A stretch of DNA of 62,003 nucleotides, the filler included, from Basidiobolus ranarum (taxonomy: Eukaryota): NCBI GenBank assembly GCA_040143965.1. It is 2 parts of 2 records of this genome, joined end to end, with 100 filler letters (N's around TTAATTAATTAA, not from the genome) between each part and the next. Parts side by side here need not be neighbours in the genome. Positions count along the whole stretch, not along the records: positions 31,059 to 62,003 come from JASJQH010006970.1; 1 more part is not named here. The stretch is one strand, 5' to 3'. The position numbers were made by a program, and so were the translations under genes. Of this stretch, positions 36,339 through 49,483 are shown one piece after another (the stretch's first letter is position 1; each line of letters begins with the position of its first letter). Below the pieces are notes generated by a model that did no database searches, was not told where the DNA came from, and worked only from the letters and a program-made list of their open reading frames with translations.

Positions 36339-37236
36339 TAGAGAATCTTCGTAGATTTTGTACATATTTTAATCGAAAGTCCAAAATAGTCCTGTTAACT
36401 ATATCTCGATTAGTGGCAGAAACTGATGTCAGCATTTTTTCTTAGCTAAACATTGAGTTGGTTTTTGGAAATTGGTGTATATAGCTAGTTTATGATTAGT
36501 CAGCAAAACATAATAAAATATCTCTATATGTTGTAATGATATTTTCTAGACCCCTCTACTATCATTGGTGGACAATCATCTGTATTACTAATAACTGGTA
36601 GTTTTCCGATATTATCTATCAGCATGTAGATTAAGGGAGAGTAAATCTCAGGTTAAGCAATGACTCTGCCTGGTAGTTTCGATGTGCTGGGTTGATTCGA
36701 CTATCGGGAAATAGTCTTGTTTTCCCAGATCTAGAACTCTCAGGAGTTTTTTCATTTACCTTTTACCTACTATTCATTTACGCATTGGTTTTCAGGCAAT
36801 CCAAGTTAATCCAACAACCCAGAATCCAGTTACGATCTGTGTAAATTATATAGCAAATATTTTTAGCTTACTACGCACAGAGTGCATGTCCAAAATCTTC
36901 ACTTAAAATCCCTTGAGTGGGTTGTGATTAGGAGAGTTACACACTCAGATCGAGGATTTGTGTGGACAAACTTCGATATCCAGACCGCCTCCTATGTAGG
37001 GCCACTTTTATCTTAATATTATGTAGGGCCACTTTTTTCTGGAGAGTGCGGATTGACCACTGCCTATGTATAAAGGTGGATGGGCCACCCATCATTTCCA
37101 AGCTATCGTTTGCTTTCGACTTATTTGTCAAACCATTTCATTTCACCAAATATCTAGTAACCACTCACTACAGCTTGATATTCAATACACCACACTTGAT
37201 ATTCAATACGATATTCAATACACCAGCAATTAGACC

Positions 37237-37722
37237 ATGAATCTTTGCTTCATCCTCAACGTTGATCACTACGAACCAATCAAGTATTTGCGAAATGATT
37301 CGGAGGAATCAGACTTGGGTTCGGTTGGAGAAGAGGGCCATCTAGTATGTAACTGGGAACATTGCAAAAAAGAGTTCGTAAGAAACTCGGACATGATCAG
37401 ACATCTACGCATCCATACAGGTGAGAGGCCATACAAATGTGAGACTTGTGGAAAAGGGTTCGTACAGCGCTCAGCACTTCGAGTTCACATTCGCACGCAT
37501 ACCGGTGAGAAGCCCCACCACTGCAAATACCCTGGATGTGAAAAAATGTTCAGTGACAGTTCTTCCTTTGCTCGCCATAGACGCACTCACACTGGCGAGA
37601 GGCCGTACGCCTGTATGCATCCCCATTGTGGCAAGAGCTACACTAGACGAGTTGCATTACTCAAACATCAGAAGAAGCACAGCCTGGATAGTGTGTTACA
37701 ATTTTGGTATGTACATGTTTAA
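37237..37722 (+). CDS. Four-finger C2H2 zinc-finger transcription factor, copy B (tandem paralog)
   Basis: Fingers nearly identical to copy A, shared M[DN][10 protein letters not shown]-terminus. Confidence 0.88.
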   Translation: MNLCFILNVDHYEPIKYLRNDSEESDLGSVGEEGHLVCNWEHCKKEFVRNSDMIRHLRIHTGERPYKCETCGKGFVQRSALRVHIRTHTGEKPHHCKYPGCEKMFSDSSSFARHRRTHTGERPYACMHPHCGKSYTRRVALLKHQKKHSLDSVLQFWYVHV

Positions 37723-38464
37723 TATTTGATTTATCTTACATGGTAATTAACAATTTTGTTTAAATAGTAACCTCGCATCCAATACAGTAAACAAGCCAGA
37801 ACCATCACTGAAATCTTATTGGAACCCTCATCCATATTTATAAGCAGCCATTATTATTATTATTGATACTATTTAATGTAATATACGGTTTATTTATGCT
37901 AGTTTTTGTAATATACTACACTTGTATATCCACTAGATAAAAAATCCAAACTCAATTTAGTGTAACTCGTTTTTGACCGACATGTTCAGTCTGTAGACTA
38001 ACTGAGCTTGAGTCTTAGCTATAGCCATAGCCTTAAATACCAATCCATCAATCATTTCCACGAGATTGACGAGAATTCCTAGAAAACTACTCCTCATTAG
38101 AACTTGAAACAGAACTGAATATCTTCAAAGGCAGATCATTCAAATAAACCAAGAATTTCCAATGATCGTCATGTTAGTCGGAAACATTGATTACATAATC
38201 CAAGTCGAATTATTGATGAGCATTTTTAACTAAAATATTATGCATGTTGATTGACTTAATTGGAATATCCTATATCATATACCCTAATCCTAACCCTAAC
38301 TAAATCCTTATCCCCTAACCCTTTCATCTATCTTCAACTTAGAAAACACCACTTTTCTTCTTCACTTCCTTTCCCTAGGATTTTGTAACCGATTTGGGGA
38401 TTTTTGTTTAGAAAGATTTTCAAAGTAGATTTGGAGCTTATTTTTGAGAATACTAAAATAGAAT

Positions 38465-39327
38465 ATGTCGGAATTTGAAGAGGAAATTAAAGGTACCCAA
38501 CTCCATTCCTTGGAAACGTTTACTTTTTTTATGAGAGTTCTTAGTTACGAAGAAGGGCTTTCACTTTAAAAGAAATATTTCCTCATACAATATTCTTAGT
38601 TAACCTTTAATATTTTTCTCGTTGTAGAGATCTTAAACCAATCTGATATCAATACAATAAGCGCTAAAAAGGTTCGTACCAAGCTTGAAGAACGTCACGG
38701 TATCAGTTTAAAAGAACGTAAAGGAGAGATTGATAAATTAATTTTGCAATGTTTCGACGCTTTACAAGAAGTCGAAGAAGAACCTCCTACTCCTCAAAAA
38801 CGCGTAAACGAAACCAACTCTGCTGAAGATTCATTATCTGAAGTAGAGGATACTCCCAAAAAAAAACCACGTAAAAATGCTGCCAAAACTCCCACTAAAA
38901 AACGTAGTAAAAAAGAAGAGAAAGGAGAGAAGGAGAAAAAACCTCGCGCTTCTAACCCTAATAGTGGTTTTAATAAACCTTACCTTCTTTCACCTTTATT
39001 ATCTGAAATTGTGGGTGCGCAAGAGGTTAGTAAATTTATTTCTATTAGGTTTATTTAGTTCAGTAAAAGTATGCTTTCTTATACTTTCTTCGCTTTTGGT
39101 AACAGTTACCACGCCCTGAAGTCACAAAACGGATATGGCAATATATCAAAGAACGCGATTTACAGGACCCTGAAGATAAACGTTATATCGCATGTGATGA
39201 TAAATTAAAGGAAACTTTTGGAACCGATCGAGTACATATGTTCACCATGAATAAGCTCCTTAGCCAACATTTGACAGATAAAGGGAGTGCTGTTCCACCA
39301 AAGGAAGAAGAAGCACCAGCCATATAG
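38465..39327 (+). CDS. DEK-C plus SWIB domain protein, Uaf30/Tri1/Spp27-like (3 exons)
   Basis: EILNQSDINTISAKKVRTKLEE (DEK-C) and GFNKPYLLSPLLSEIVG..|LPRPEVTKRIWQYIKERDLQDPEDKRYIACDDKL..MFTMNKLLSQHL (SWIB). Confidence 0.9.
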
Positions 39328-40420
39328 ACACGTAGAATACACACCACCTCAGAGTCCCCTTTGTTAACGGGATACTAAGAACATAGGAATTTGGCTTTAT
39401 TTCATTGGAGAGAGGGGTTTCAATTCGATACATGGATGAAGCTTTTCGTTGTGTTATCACTGGTCTTTTCTACTTGATCTTTGTATATTTCCCTCTTCTT
39501 ACGGAATAAATTGATTTTCATTTGAGTGTATATGTGACCACCATTTAGTCTAATTCAGGAGGAAAGCCGGGTTTACATTGAAAGCATAACAAAACAATTC
39601 AAGGTGGGAAATTTACCAACTTACTGCGAAGGATACATGTGCTCCGGATTGACTTGATGTGGTAAAAATTGCAATGCATATCTAGAATTTCTTGTATTCA
39701 AAAAAAGCCTCCCCATTGTCACATATCTCTGACTTTCCAAATTCAACTATATTATCGGGAGCGCTTGAAAAGAGTCGCCATTATTTACTGAAACGGAGCT
39801 TTCTAACGATAGAACAAAGAGGCCATATGTACAGATGCCATATGGTGATGATGTCAACATGCGTAAACCAGCTATCAGGCTTGGTGGAAGTATTAACGAA
39901 CATGTGAACATTATCATGGTGAATTTGGATTACACCACTAGTAATTTAGGACAATATGTTGAAATATGATGGGATTTCAGCAGTAGATAGAAGAGGAAAG
40001 TTTTTGGGGCATATGATCGATTCCCTTCATTCTTAATTCTCCTTGACCAATGATCATTGGCACACTACTTGGTTTGTTTCATTTCTTGGAAGTTTAGTAA
40101 ATAGCACATGGTGTTTAGCAGTGTTGATTCTTCCACGAGCCTTCATATTCCAATCGATTTATGATCAGCATTCACCCGCTTCCATTCCCGCACTCCTCTC
40201 ACGTTCTATAAAAGTGATACCTTCATTGACCTGAGCATTCAATTCACTTCTGCAGCAATCATTCTTTAAAGTCAAAACTCCCGCCACTTTCTTTAATGAA
40301 CTGCTAACCCAGTGGATATACTTAATCAATAATCATCACCAATTTCTATTCTCCCAGGCAACTCGTGCTTTCTTCTGACAGAGTAAAATTAGTCTAGTCT
40401 TGGTAAATTGATCCTTCACT

Positions 40421-41966
40421 ATGATCCCTACACCAAGTCTCAGGGCTTTACCAAAGGATGTCATCCTAAAGTTGGCTTGCAGTAAAACTACTCCGTTATC
40501 GGTAAGTTAGGCTACCAGACATCTTTAATGGCCCACATATTCATGGATATTGATTTTCGTCTAATAGTTGAAGCAAATATTTACTATCGGAAGGTCAGTT
40601 AGATTACCAATTATCCTCTAGATTGAGTCTTAAGAGCTAATCACATATCAATCTATAGACATGTACTGGAACATAAAGATAGGAAGGCACTGCTGATTCC
40701 CGCCCAATTCCTTCACTCCGAATTACCTATACGATTGAGTCAAAGTGTTAAAATGATCAATTCTGATGAAATGCCATGTGGTATGGGATCTTTACCATCA
40801 TTTCGAAGAATTAGTAATCGAATTTTAGAAGATATAAGGTAAATTTCACACTTGCTGAATCTTGATATCTCTTATTAAATTTCTTCTCTTGCCCCCTAAT
40901 GTTATAGCGTATTAACACAAATCTCGAAACCAAATAATTTATCCCAAGAAGAGAATTTCACCGCTAGTCTTAGAATACTCTTAAAGAGACATAGATATAA
41001 TATGTTGTCGGTTGGACAAGGCTTCAAGGAATTGTTGGAGTCCACTGGGAAGAGAACCACCGATTTCTGTGGAGAGGAATTTCAGAATTTTTTTGATAAA
41101 TTTTACACCATGAATTTGGGTACCAGACTCTTGATTGGTAAGTAAATTCTTGAGAGAATTGATTGATATTAAGACTAAACATTGATCGATCTTCAGGGGA
41201 GCATCTAAGTTTACATGATGAAGGTCGTAATTTGGTACAAAGAATATCCCCACTCTTGGTGGCGGAAAAGGCAGCTAAAGATGCCAAATATATATTTGAA
41301 AAGCATTATGCATGTAAAGCACCGGATATTAACATATGGACTCAGAAAAAAAGAATCCATACTCTTTACGTGGAAGAGAATTTACATCGAACTATTTTTG
41401 AAGTTTTGAAAAATTCCCTTCGTGCTACATACGAGTTTCATCACCAAAATAAGGGGCCCTTACCACCGGTGAAATTGATCATGGCAGATGGTGATGAGGA
41501 TGTTACCTTCAAGGTGTCTGATCAGGGTGGTGGTATATCTACCTCAGAGATGCCTAAGATTTGGAGTTACGTTCATTCTTCATCACACCATTCTCCAGAT
41601 ATCCAATTGAAAGAGGATGTTGGCCATTATATGGAGTTGCCACTGCATGGCTTTGGCCATGGTCTACCATTTGCCAGACTCACCGCTAGATGTAAGTTCT
41701 CTATCATTGCTTACAAAAATATCAAGTAAATATTGATTTTTCCTGATTTAGATTTTGGCGGGGATTTGTCGGTGCTGTCCATGGAAGGTTATGGGACTGA
41801 TACATATATCCACTTGTTTAGAGAGGATTCGTGCCCAGAAAACCTACCCAAAGTAAGTAAGTTAAATGAAGAGTTTGAGGAATTTGTACATCAATTGGGC
41901 TCGTCACAACATGAATGTAACGATGAGGATGTTGATAAGTACCCAGCAGTCAGAGCTATTCTTTGA
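40421..41966 (+). CDS. Mitochondrial pyruvate / branched-chain ketoacid dehydrogenase kinase family protein (multi-exon)
   Basis: FLHSELPIRL, FEVLKNSLRA (N box), VSDQGGG (D box), GFGHGLP, DFGGDL..MEGYGTD. Confidence 0.88.
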
Positions 41967-42183
41967 ATTGCCAACTTATGTACCGTTTAATAATACCCCG
42001 ATTGTTTGATAGTAGTGATCGTTGATGAAAGCATCTTCGCTCTATTAATGAGAAATAATAAATTCATTTAACTGTGGACATCCTAATCTACTAGTAGTAA
42101 AGATCGCTTTATTGTTTTAATATGTACTGGCAATGAAGAATGAAATGTATGTACTTGTAATGAGTTGAAATGTACATGTGTGT

Positions 42184-42987
42184 CTATGAAGGTCCCATCG
42201 GATCATCTATGCGTTTGGTTGCTTTTTCAAATAAAAAGCCTGGATCCGATACAACTCCACATCTGCCCCAGCTTCTAGTCACTTTTCCGTCCATTATTTT
42301 AATGAATTCCAACCAATCGACTTTAGTAACACATAGTTCATACTTTAACAGATCCAATAATTCCCGCTCCATTTGGTTGATTTCATTTAAGGAATAAACC
42401 CCTTCGATCACTTTGTACCATGTCTTATTGTGGTAAGCGCCATCTTGTAAATACTTGTTCGCTAGTATTAATGCGGCAAGAAATAGTCGATGTCCTGAGC
42501 CGTAGCTACCTTTACATGTTGGTCGAAGTTCTTTAAGTCGGATAAGGTACAGAAGGGCGGTAAGAAGGTTTACAAAGGTGAGGTTTCCCCGTCGGTGAAT
42601 TCTACTGATGAAATCATCCAACTTTGGTAGATATTTGGGTGCATTGATCGAGGTGCTGGGAGATTGATCACCACACTCAAAGAGGTGATTGATGGTTTTG
42701 CTTAGAATATTGACTAGGTGAAGCTTCAGTTGTTCATCCAGATCTTGAGTAGGTAACTCAGTAATGGAGGTGGCACTGGTGGTGCTACTACTGGTGCTGA
42801 TGGTTCGTTGTGAACGTCGGGTGAATGAAATTCTTACTCTACTTTTAGATTTTAAAGAATTCTCGTTTTCTTTCTCTACTTTCGTTCCTTCTTTCTCTAT
42901 CTTCACTCCTTCCTTTTGGGTACTGTTGCGGAAGTATTTTCCAATTGCGTTGTGGGCAGAGGTGACTATATTATTGGACTCTATCAT
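42184..42987 (-). CDS. Pcl/Pho80-family cyclin
   Basis: LLTALLYLIRLK..HRLFLAALILANKYLQD..YHNKTW..EINQMERELLDLLKYEL. Confidence 0.9.
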   Translation of the reverse strand: MIESNNIVTSAHNAIGKYFRNSTQKEGVKIEKEGTKVEKENENSLKSKSRVRISFTRRSQRTISTSSSTTSATSITELPTQDLDEQLKLHLVNILSKTINHLFECGDQSPSTSINAPKYLPKLDDFISRIHRRGNLTFVNLLTALLYLIRLKELRPTCKGSYGSGHRLFLAALILANKYLQDGAYHNKTWYKVIEGVYSLNEINQMERELLDLLKYELCVTKVDWLEFIKIMDGKVTRSWGRCGVVSDPGFLFEKATKRIDDPMGPS

Positions 42988-43802
42988 GTTTAAAGAGCTC
43001 TAAGTGTTAAGACTGGCTGGTTATATAGAGGTAAGTATGTAGGTATCTGTCAAGTATGTAGGGTTGTATGTATTTGTTTGTGAGAAATAGAAAGAAAGGT
43101 CGAAAGTGTTAATCCACACCAGCTGAATGACAACAGCAACGATCTCATTGATATTAAATATATAGTATGATATGGTGCATCTCGTGACTAAGTCCAAGAA
43201 TATAATATAATAAACCTCGAAACACTCATACAACACTCATTCAACACTAATTAATATATTCTTCTAAATCAATAATCTTAGTGGAGATGCCTCGTGGAAG
43301 AAACCTCATATCGGAATTTTGCTTTTAAAGTTCCTCCACAGTCGTTGCATTATGGATTTGTTTGATCGACATTTGGAGCATTGGGAGCATAGAGAGCATA
43401 ATCGCATTGCTAACATTAATACACTACAAATGTGGATCATCATCACTATCATACACTATAATTGTGGATCAAGGGGGAGATGGGAAAGTATCAGAATCTC
43501 ATTTAAGCGGGAAATTCACCTCTCGCCTTGAAGAAATCAGTAGATGTTAGCAGTATTTCGGACAGGTATTGTCGATGTCGTTGGGTATTTGTAAATATAC
43601 ACAGATGCCAATTCTGTTCATGGTTTGCATCCAAGAGCAGATATTAATGTTGATGGCTACAAATGCACGAATACACAAATGCTCAAATGCTCAAATCCAC
43701 AATCAAACCACAATGAAGCTTGAAAGACGGTTTATTGATTGTTGCTTGGAAGGTGATTTGTGGATGACGAACATCAATTCTAAACTACTCTAATTCACTC
43801 CA

Positions 43803-46800
43803 TTATATTACCTTGACTGGATACGATAGATCTGGTCCAGTATACCACGTCTCTCCACGCTTATCCGTGATCGCACACTGGATATTCACATAAAAGGTAT
43901 TCTTTCCACTTTCGAGATGTGGCACGGGAATCGCCGCACTACAAGTGAAATATGTCCCTGAGACCTGCACGTGATGCACCATTCTTGAATTGCCAATTCG
44001 TTGGGCAGCTTTGTTCGGAGTAATATACTAGATGTTGAATGTTACATACAATAGTAGCAGTAGGTTAGAACACTGAGAATAGAACCAAATCTAGGGGCTG
44101 AGAAGAATCTGGGGATCGAAGGTGACATGGTGAAGAATCCAAATAACTTACATTGTTCAACGGTTGAGAGTGAGAAGAGTACATTAACATCTTTTGTTCG
44201 AAATGATCCTTTCCAAAATCGATCTCCTGGAGGGAAGTGAAAACGGTGATCTGAATACTAGACACAGTACGGTTGAACTTCTCTTCTGCGTGAATAAAGA
44301 GGAGCTTGCATTAGTATACGGGGATACCTGATAAATAAGAGTAAACTGAAAATTGAACCTAATTTTTTCTCTACATTGGTAAATCCTTCGATATCCAAGA
44401 TTAACATGTTCCCTTTTTTGATCATATATGGGTCACTGACGCTCAACGAAGGAGTAGTGCTGATCTGAATAAATCCACTAATGTTAAAATTTACTATGGA
44501 GGCAAGGGAAACAAAGTAAACTCAACCTGAATGTCAATCTGGCTTTTGCTGCGGAAGAAATATGCTGGCAGTGGCATGGGCGTATTTAGTAGTATCAATA
44601 GACATTCCAGAGTCGTCTCTATATTCTAGTGAAGAAAAGAGTGTTACTAAGGGGTGGCCGTCGTAAGGAAGATTCCTTAACACCTACCATCTCATCGTCT
44701 TCTCCATTCTTGACCAGATTAGGGTGCGACATAGTAAGCGCGTGAACACAGGATTTGAAGAGGTGTTTGGCCGATGAAAATTGAAGCTCTGCATTTTCTG
44801 GATGATGGATTTGGTTGATTAAAGGTATTAAGCGTGCCTCCAACTCGATGTCTCTACAACAGGGTTTCAATACAGCTTCTATTGATCTTGAATGAACAGT
44901 CGGAACATACCTGGAGGTTCCAGTCAGCTTACTCAAGCAAAGGGATAGGATGGCACAGCATATACAATACGTAGACATCTAAGCAGTTAAGGATAGGAAT
45001 GAAAGTAGAATCAGTAAACGCATTGGGAAGGTACAACACAAAAGGATATATCTCCAAGATAGAAAAGCTTTCTGGATCTATGTCGAAATAGCAATGCATC
45101 AGGAACTGGTAAGAATGGGACAGCTGCTTCATGGTAGAGGCCATTTGAACGAGCTATAGAGATAAAGTATCGAAAGTAAGCAAGGAATGCAATGGGGTGG
45201 GGTAGGCTAGTCTTACATTTCTTTTGTACAAGGGATTTTCAGGATTTTGTTGAAGAAGCTGTAAATACATCATGATATCCTCTGCCCATTCTAGGAAAGT
45301 AAGTCGCATGTGGATGATCCATATTTGGAAACTATGGGAATTGTCAATGGAGTTCAACGCCTTCAAGTAATATGATGGGCGATTTAGTCATGGCTTCACA
45401 TCCTGGTCAACAAAACTAAACGCTACCTTCAGATTGGATTGGCCTTTGTATAGCCAGTTCAGCATCTCCGGTAAATCCGAACACTGCTTGATCGAATGGC
45501 ACCTGCATTCAGCGGTAGCAATGTAGTATAAAGACTCAAGCCATAGTCTAGAGCTTTCACTCTCAACCTTAATGTGTAACAATGTTAGTTTAGAGGCCAA
45601 TGCACAACAGAGAGCAATACACCAAACCTTTAGAATAAGGAACTGGCAAAGCTCAGACACTCCCTCGAAATACCCATTCTTCGCAGCCTCCTTGGAGATT
45701 AGATAGAGAGCCCACGAGATTTCCGGGCAATTGGGGAATTCTTTCTCGTAGTTGATACACATCTTTACGAAGGCTGATAGCTGAACAGATATAAAGTCGT
45801 TGTAGTCCACTCCACCACCTGCTTGAATCAAAGTTTTCGACAGGAGAAGCTGTCGTCGAAAACCCACGAAAAGAGTCAGCAACGCCAAAAATTCAAATAA
45901 ACCGCGAGATTACTTACAAATTTGTAGGGGCTTTCTCGCACTTTCAGAGACATTTCCAAGAGTGCCAAGATTTGCTCATATCTATTAAGGATGTTTTGGG
46001 GGAATGTGGCTGCTAGTGTACTGAAGCTTGATTGACAGAGTTTCAGCAGATTCTCTTTTGACAAAGAAAGATGTTCAGCATAATGATCATGTTCAATAAA
46101 CTATTGGTGATTACCATTGGCCTCGGGAGCAATACTGAGCACGGTGTCAATGACCTGGTCCACAAATTCGTGGTTCAATTGGATTAAATTAATCAAGCAC
46201 TTCAATAAAATATTGAGTTTTTTGGTCTAAATATTAGAGTAGAGAGAGCAAATGATGAGTAAATTAGCCAGCGATATGACCCGTCTTTCCCGAAACTAAC
46301 CAATCCAGGTAATAGCACTCTTTCGTTTTCCGAATTGATGGTCAGCGAGAACTCCTTCAAGAGAGCACATAATGAATTTATGGCTTTTGAAGCTAACAAC
46401 GAGGCTACAGAAATAGAATCAGTAACAGGGCTTCAACACCAGAGACTCGGTGGATATACCTTCATCAGTTTCCATGTGAGCACCATCGCTTCCTGAATCC
46501 TTAGACATGAGATCCGAAATAATCTGGGCCGCACGAAGTCTTATTTCACTGGCTTGATGATCAAGAAACCCCCCTACAAAATTTCGCATCAAAGAGATGG
46601 ACTCCGATACGATGGAATGCCGACTTTTGGTGGACTCTAATTGAAAGATTGTAAGATATGTCCTTTGAAGATGCTCATCCTCTGTGCGTTGGCCTAAAAC
46701 TATTAATCTCTGTGAATGCAAGGATGGTGGCTAAGAATGGTGAACTACGATCGTGAATGAGGTCAATAGCACTAATACCTCGATGTGTTGGTACTTGGGC

Positions 46801-48106
46801 CTCCAGTTATTCTTCATAAGATGGATTATCTCGTGTAGAGCATACCGCTTGAAGATTTTCCGAGGACTATTGTCCACAAATTCAAACAGCATATTGACCT
46901 GAAGATAATGAACAAAGTTGAGTTGCCATTCTATTTACATATATGTGTTCTCAACTAACGTGATTTTCCAGATACAAAGGGGCCTGAATAGCGAGGTTAG
47001 TCAGGGTTTGCAGTAAAACCGAAATAAGCTTAGGCTCCGTATGCTCCTTGAGCATCGCTTCACATGTGCTTGTTGTCTAGGTATTTCAAAGGTCGTGATG
47101 GTTGTGAGAAAGGGAAAGTGGTCAGATTCAACCCATAATAATACTGACTTGAACGACTAGATCATTACTGTGGTGCATATGTCGAAGTACTCGTAAAATA
47201 TGTACTTTGATACTTAAAGGTTTCTTCGAATCTATCGTACACACGAATGGTTTAAATTAATTTCAATACTACAGTCGTATTCGAATGTCAAGTCTCTACC
47301 TTGCAGAAGAATCGCAAGCTTATTGCAAACTAGCTTTGGGAATGTTTTCGAAACTGCGCAAAATTTATCTGAGGCAAAAATCGCCGCTTCTAATTCCATT
47401 CGATCCTCAGAGTTCAAACACTCCAGAATTCTAGTGAATCCATTATCAGAAAACAATGCATGCTGGCATCCACATATTATATTCCACTTTACCCATGCTG
47501 GACATCTAGACGTTCACTAGCGATAGTGGAGATGCATCCTAGGGCTCTATAATTCTAATATGAGACACTTATTCATTCATACATGCTAGAACCAATGCTC
47601 GCCTACCGTGCAGTAAGTGAACGGGCTACGGGGTCGTTACTTTGAAGGACCGGGATTAATCTTCGGATAAGCTCTACTACGTTGAGAATCTTCTTATGGT
47701 GATGTTCACTTTTTCGGAAAACCTTTACTATGAAGAAACGTACGCTATTGTGGCTGTTAACAGTAGAACCCCGTATAGTCAGCACAAGTAAGATAAGAAA
47801 GTTAAAAAACAATGTTCATGTTGAAAATTGGGCTAATATCGAGTTCCGATAAACTCTAGTGAAATATTTGCCACCCGACCTATTTCTAAAGAAATCCGCT
47901 AGTTTGAGTACACCAGAATTGATGATCACTGGAAATGGATGTTCGTCAAATAGTTGTGGGAACAGGGAGATAGCTTGTAGTTGAGTTCCTAATCGTTGTG
48001 ACCGAAACTTGGAATCTAATTCTATCAACTTTTTGAATGCTTGGTCCGCAGAATCTTGGTGAGTCGAATGCTTCACTTGAATTTGGCTCTTGGAGTTTTG
48101 AAGCAT
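43803..48106 (-). CDS. INTS7: Integrator complex subunit 7 (about 20 exons)
   Basis: LIELDSKFRSQRLGTQLQAISLFPQLFDEHPFPVIINSGVLKLADFFR, KILNVVELIRRLIPVLQSNDPVARSLTAR, EAAIFASDKFCAVSKTFPKLVCNKL and C-terminal DKRGETWYTGP parallel animal INTS7. Confidence 0.88.
44971..45049 (-). other. U12-type (minor spliceosome) AT-AC intron in INTS7
   Basis: 5' splice site ATATCCTTTT, branch site TCCTTAAC (44993-44986), 3' end CTAC. The AC acceptor keeps the frame (ILEM|YCICCAIL); the nearer AG does not. Confidence 0.9.
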
Positions 48107-48397
48107 GTTCCTGTGATCTCCTTTCCAAAGCTAGCGATTCAATAGTTTCCCATAAACCTTGAAGGGAGTTACTTGGTTTGTTAAGTACTAATCTAGATAG
48201 AACGAAAAATTGATTAATTTTTTGTAGTTTATGCAATCAAGTTTATGCTAATTAACTAGTTCAAAAACTAATTGGTAGATGAATCGAAATTTGACTTGAA
48301 TTATTTAGTAATCAATGAGTGTATAGTGCTTGGTTTTTTTTCTTCGATACATACTTCTTTCAAACTTTACTCTCTGTAAGTTTCCATTCTAGTCAAC

Positions 48398-49081
48398 ATG
48401 TCTTCTACAGAGACCGAACCCATTCAAGATACTCTAGAAAGATATGAAAAGTTTGTCAACGATAGACTTAAGATAGATCTCAAGGATACGTTGGATTTGC
48501 GGGATCAAGTATATGAGAAGATGTCTGAATAGTAAATGAATTTCTACCTATTATGATACTTCTCGAAGAAAATCTTAACTTTCTCATGTATATAGCTTAA
48601 AGTTGAGGTCCCAAGTGGAGACATTGAAAGAAAATAACGTTAAAGAAATGAAATCTATGGTTGACTTGGGGTCTAACTTTTATGCTCAAGCCAAAATGTA
48701 TTTATCTTTCGATTCCGGATTTTAGATTACCACTTTTCTTGATAATCAATCGTACTTAGCTTATTTTCCTTTTCTTTCCTTCATATCTAGCCCAGATACT
48801 ACTTACATTTATCTCAATGTTGGATACGGTTTTCACGTGCAATTAACACTGCAAGAGGCTTTAGATTTTATAGAGAAGAAAGAAAAAAATCTGCAAAAGT
48901 GAGTCTCGATTTCCCATATATTTATCCCCTTCTTTTGGTATTTACTTTTTTCAATAGGGTTGCCGATCAGTACACCACAGAAGCCAGTAAGATCAAGGCT
49001 CATATTAAGATGGTTTTGGAGGCCATTGCAGAGGTCTTACAGATAGAACAGCAAGAGGCACAAATACGTCGAGAGCTGTAA
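48398..49081 (+). CDS. UXT: Prefoldin-alpha-like protein UXT (4 exons)
   Basis: RYEKFVNDRLKIDL..RDQVYEKMSEY|LKLR..MVDLGSNFY..|PDTTYIYLNVGYGF..LQEALDFI..|KIKAHIKMVLEAI, matching UXT. Confidence 0.9.
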
Positions 49082-49483
49082 TTTTCCCCTCCAAATATTT
49101 AGAGTTACAGTAGCTTCAATTTTATTGTATCATAAAAGCATCGGTTACTAGGTGGACAAATAGTGGTATTTGTGTATCCCTACATGTGTTGTAATAGAGA
49201 AAAAGTATACATCACAATAAAGATATTAATACTTAAAGAATAAAATTAATGACTGCAAACAATCATACACTGACTTTATAATCTTACCCAGCTTCATCTC
49301 TCAAAAGACATCATAATACTGTAGAAATGTGGATTTATTAAACCATGACTGGTAGAAATATATGAATTTACGAAACAATATTCTTTCTCTCTAGATAAAT
49401 GGTATTTTGATATTCAAACATCTGTGATGACCCTAACCCTAATTCGTTCCTGAAAAGTGACTTGCGATTCAGAATATTGGTAG

